Source of the DNA: a virus
Lineage: Duplodnaviria; Caudoviricetes
Virus record (IMG/VR): IMGVR_UViG_3300030330_005983
Location: 38,199-102,198 of that record
Reading direction: 5' to 3' (one strand)
Length of the DNA: 64,000 nt
The notes beneath the pieces are model-generated. The model saw nothing but the letters and a program-made list of their open reading frames with translations. It ran no database searches and was not told the origin of the DNA. Below are positions 62,170 to 64,000 of the stretch, piece by piece (the stretch's first letter is position 1; each line of letters begins with the position of its first letter). The position numbers were made by a program, and so were the translations under genes.

Positions 62170-63531
62170 ATGCCACTACCAAAAAGAGAAAAAAACGAAC
62201 AGGCCCGTGAGTTCATGGGCAGATGCATGGCCTCAAATGTCATGAAGGAAGAATATCCCGACCAAAAGCAGCGAGTGGCTGTATGTACCTCTCAGTCTAG
62301 GTCTGAAGCAAATAAGTCAAATCTTGGACAAATGGTTCAAGAAGAGCTTGTTTACGCTGAATATTTGTCAGACGCAGAATGTGGATGTGGAGAGGTCGAA
62401 GAGCTTACCGAATCTAACTTTGTAGTTCCTAATGAAGAGGACTATGAGGATTTTGGAGAAGATGTTGAGGAAATTGATTTCGCCAGCCTTTGGGAAAACA
62501 TTCGAAAAAAGAAAGAGCGAGAGGGAAAGAATTATAAGCCAGCAAAAAAGGGAGACAAAGACAGGCCTAAAAAAGACGCTTGGGATAGAGCCAAGGCTGA
62601 TTCTGTTGACTTGCTTGTAAAGCCTGGGGAAGATTACGTTATAAAACAAGACGTAGAAAAGTATCTTAGGGGATTACTGGTAGCAATAAACGAAGATAGT
62701 AGCTATGAGATTGCTTATTGGTATGATAAGCTAGAGCCTTACCCGATTGAAGTAATTATAGACGGAAAGTCTGTAGCTGAAGACGCAAAGATAATAAAGT
62801 TAAACTTTCACCCAGAAATAGACAAGGCTGACGCTTTACAGTACGGAAAGCCTAAAAAGAACGACCCAAGAAAAACACCAGCCAAGCCGTCTGAAAGAAA
62901 AAAGGGCTCTAAAAAGAACAAACCAAAAAGCGCATCAAAGCCTAATAAGTCTATTAAGTTCGGTAAAAATACAACCGAGCGATTAAGAAAGATGATGACG
63001 GAGCACAATAAAAAGGGCAAGGGCTCTAAGGCAAGTATGGGGGCTTTAAAAGCCGTATACAGAAGAGGGGCAGGGGCGTTCTCAACCAGCCATGCACCTA
63101 AAATGAGTAGAGATGGATGGGCTATGGCTAGAGTAAAAGCGTTTCTTTATCTTTTAAGAAATGGTCGCCCGTCTAATCCTAACTATAAGCAAGACAATGA
63201 TTTGCTTCCAAAGGGCCATCCAAAGAAAAGCTCAAAGGCTGATGCGTCATTTATTAGGTATCAACTTGGATTTGAAATAGCTGATGCGGCTAAATACAAG
63301 GGCAGGACTGTGAAGTTGAATAAGCCCTTTCTAACTCCTGGTGGACCTAAAAAGCGTTCTGTCTATGTAAAGAACGAAAAAGGGAATGTAGTCAAGGTTA
63401 ATTTTGGCGACCCTAATATGAAAATCAAAAAGAGTAATCCTGAGAGAAGAAGAAACTTTCGGGCAAGGCATAACTGTGATAATCCAGGCCCTAAATGGAA
63501 AGCGAGATATTGGTCGTGCAAGGCTTGGTAA
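62170..63531 (+). CDS. Modular basic phage protein, probably virion-internal
   Basis: A string of short modules seen in phage proteins: P.P...E....FMGRCM..EYPD.KQR.AVC, LWENIRKK, LKAVYRRGAGAF...WAMARV.AFL and K..VYVK...V.FGD...R.NFRARHNC...ARYWSC. Confidence 0.55.
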   Translation: MPLPKREKNEQAREFMGRCMASNVMKEEYPDQKQRVAVCTSQSRSEANKSNLGQMVQEELVYAEYLSDAECGCGEVEELTESNFVVPNEEDYEDFGEDVEEIDFASLWENIRKKKEREGKNYKPAKKGDKDRPKKDAWDRAKADSVDLLVKPGEDYVIKQDVEKYLRGLLVAINEDSSYEIAYWYDKLEPYPIEVIIDGKSVAEDAKIIKLNFHPEIDKADALQYGKPKKNDPRKTPAKPSERKKGSKKNKPKSASKPNKSIKFGKNTTERLRKMMTEHNKKGKGSKASMGALKAVYRRGAGAFSTSHAPKMSRDGWAMARVKAFLYLLRNGRPSNPNYKQDNDLLPKGHPKKSSKADASFIRYQLGFEIADAAKYKGRTVKLNKPFLTPGGPKKRSVYVKNEKGNVVKVNFGDPNMKIKKSNPERRRNFRARHNCDNPGPKWKARYWSCKAW

Positions 63532-63755
63532 AAATAATAATAATCTTTTTAATTGCCATGGCTTGTTCTTGCGCAACGGCACAAGACAGGAGAACAAATC
63601 CATACAAGTCAGAAAAGGTATATCAGAGAAGACAAAGAATAGTAAGAAATGGAAATATAAATAATTTTTATAGACGGCCTATTAATATTCAATGGGTTTT
63701 AATTAACGGTCGGGCTGAAATGGTAATTTTGTTTAATAGAAACCAGGGGGGTTAA
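63495..63755 (+). CDS. Small exported/membrane hypothetical protein
   Basis: Hydrophobic IIIIFLIAMACSCATA-Q followed by an R/N-rich tail. The start may be the TTG at 63525. Confidence 0.45.
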   Translation: MESEILVVQGLVKIIIIFLIAMACSCATAQDRRTNPYKSEKVYQRRQRIVRNGNINNFYRRPINIQWVLINGRAEMVILFNRNQGG

Positions 63756-63756
63756 A

Positions 63757-64000
63757 ATGGCATCAACAATCACACCTTCAACCTTGACCATCACTATAGC
63801 TGAGGCTATAACTCTTGGTGGAAATGCTTATAACTCTACGGTGGTGAAAACAATTGATAGCATAGGGAATGTGTCGAAAAGAATATTTACCCTAAACGCA
63901 ACGTCTACTCATACATTGGCAGAGTTTGCAAGCTCGACAACGAACGATAAGTTTGATTTGGATGACACGAAATATATAAGGGTAACTAATCTAGACGATG
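63757..64000 (+). CDS. Phage hypothetical (probably structural) protein, 3'-truncated
   Basis: Open from the ATG at 63757 to the window end: MASTITPSTLTITIAEAITLGG...YIRVTNLDD. Confidence 0.6.
   Translation, partial: MASTITPSTLTITIAEAITLGGNAYNSTVVKTIDSIGNVSKRIFTLNATSTHTLAEFASSTTNDKFDLDDTKYIRVTNLDD

Noticed and set aside
1116-63664. Numerous 60-260 aa antisense or alternate-frame ORFs in the track (e.g. 33522..34313 +, 50012..50551 +, 40225..40800 -)
   Set aside because: They lie within well-supported genes, lack SD sites or motifs, and are explained as codon-bias shadows.
1-64000. CRISPR array, tRNA/rRNA genes, integrase/att sites, IS elements, DGR or retron reverse transcriptase
   Set aside because: No regularly spaced repeats, cloverleaf-sized gaps or relevant motifs were seen, and intergenic gaps are mostly under 80 nt. 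A by-eye scan could miss small RNAs.
1-64000. Stop-codon reassignment, as in some large phages
   Set aside because: Genes are full-length and tightly packed under the standard code, and TAA, TAG and TGA all serve as apparent true stops.

Overview
The window is a gene-dense, AT-rich segment of a large tailed dsDNA phage genome (uncultured-looking, standard genetic code, no tail sheath gene seen, so probably siphovirus-like). It has four blocks. (1) 1-14.8 kb, + strand: about 18 tightly overlapping glycan genes. These include a eukaryote-type GT29 sialyltransferase, NeuB, NeuA, a DapA/NanA-like aldolase, a kinase, methyltransferases, sulfotransferases, a 2OG-Fe dioxygenase, RmlB/C/D-like enzymes, an FdtA/QdtA-like cupin and a DegT aminotransferase. 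(2) 14.8-17.0 kb, + strand: a NUMOD3/Vsr-type endonuclease, a Rad52-like annealing protein and a protein resembling plant Whirly ssDNA-binding proteins. (3) 17.1-60.3 kb, - strand: the late/morphogenesis operon. In order it runs sigma factor, putative TerS, gmd, ERCC4 nuclease, TerL, portal, protease-scaffold, decoration, major capsid, adaptor, accessory/neck proteins, an internally duplicated tail tube, chaperones, a 2515-aa tape measure, and tail tip/fibre proteins. (4) 60.4-64 kb, + strand: small exported proteins, a glycosyltransferase and a modular basic protein. The most notable items are the tape measure with an embedded HAD phosphatase and a possible PD-(D/E)xK domain between repeated xxxGG/DTVPA motifs, the NeuB-NeuA-GT29 sialylation-type pathway, the Whirly-like SSB paired with an annealase, and a recurrent TGGTGTAT promoter-like motif that may match the phage sigma factor. 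All family calls come from motifs recognised by eye; no database searches were run.
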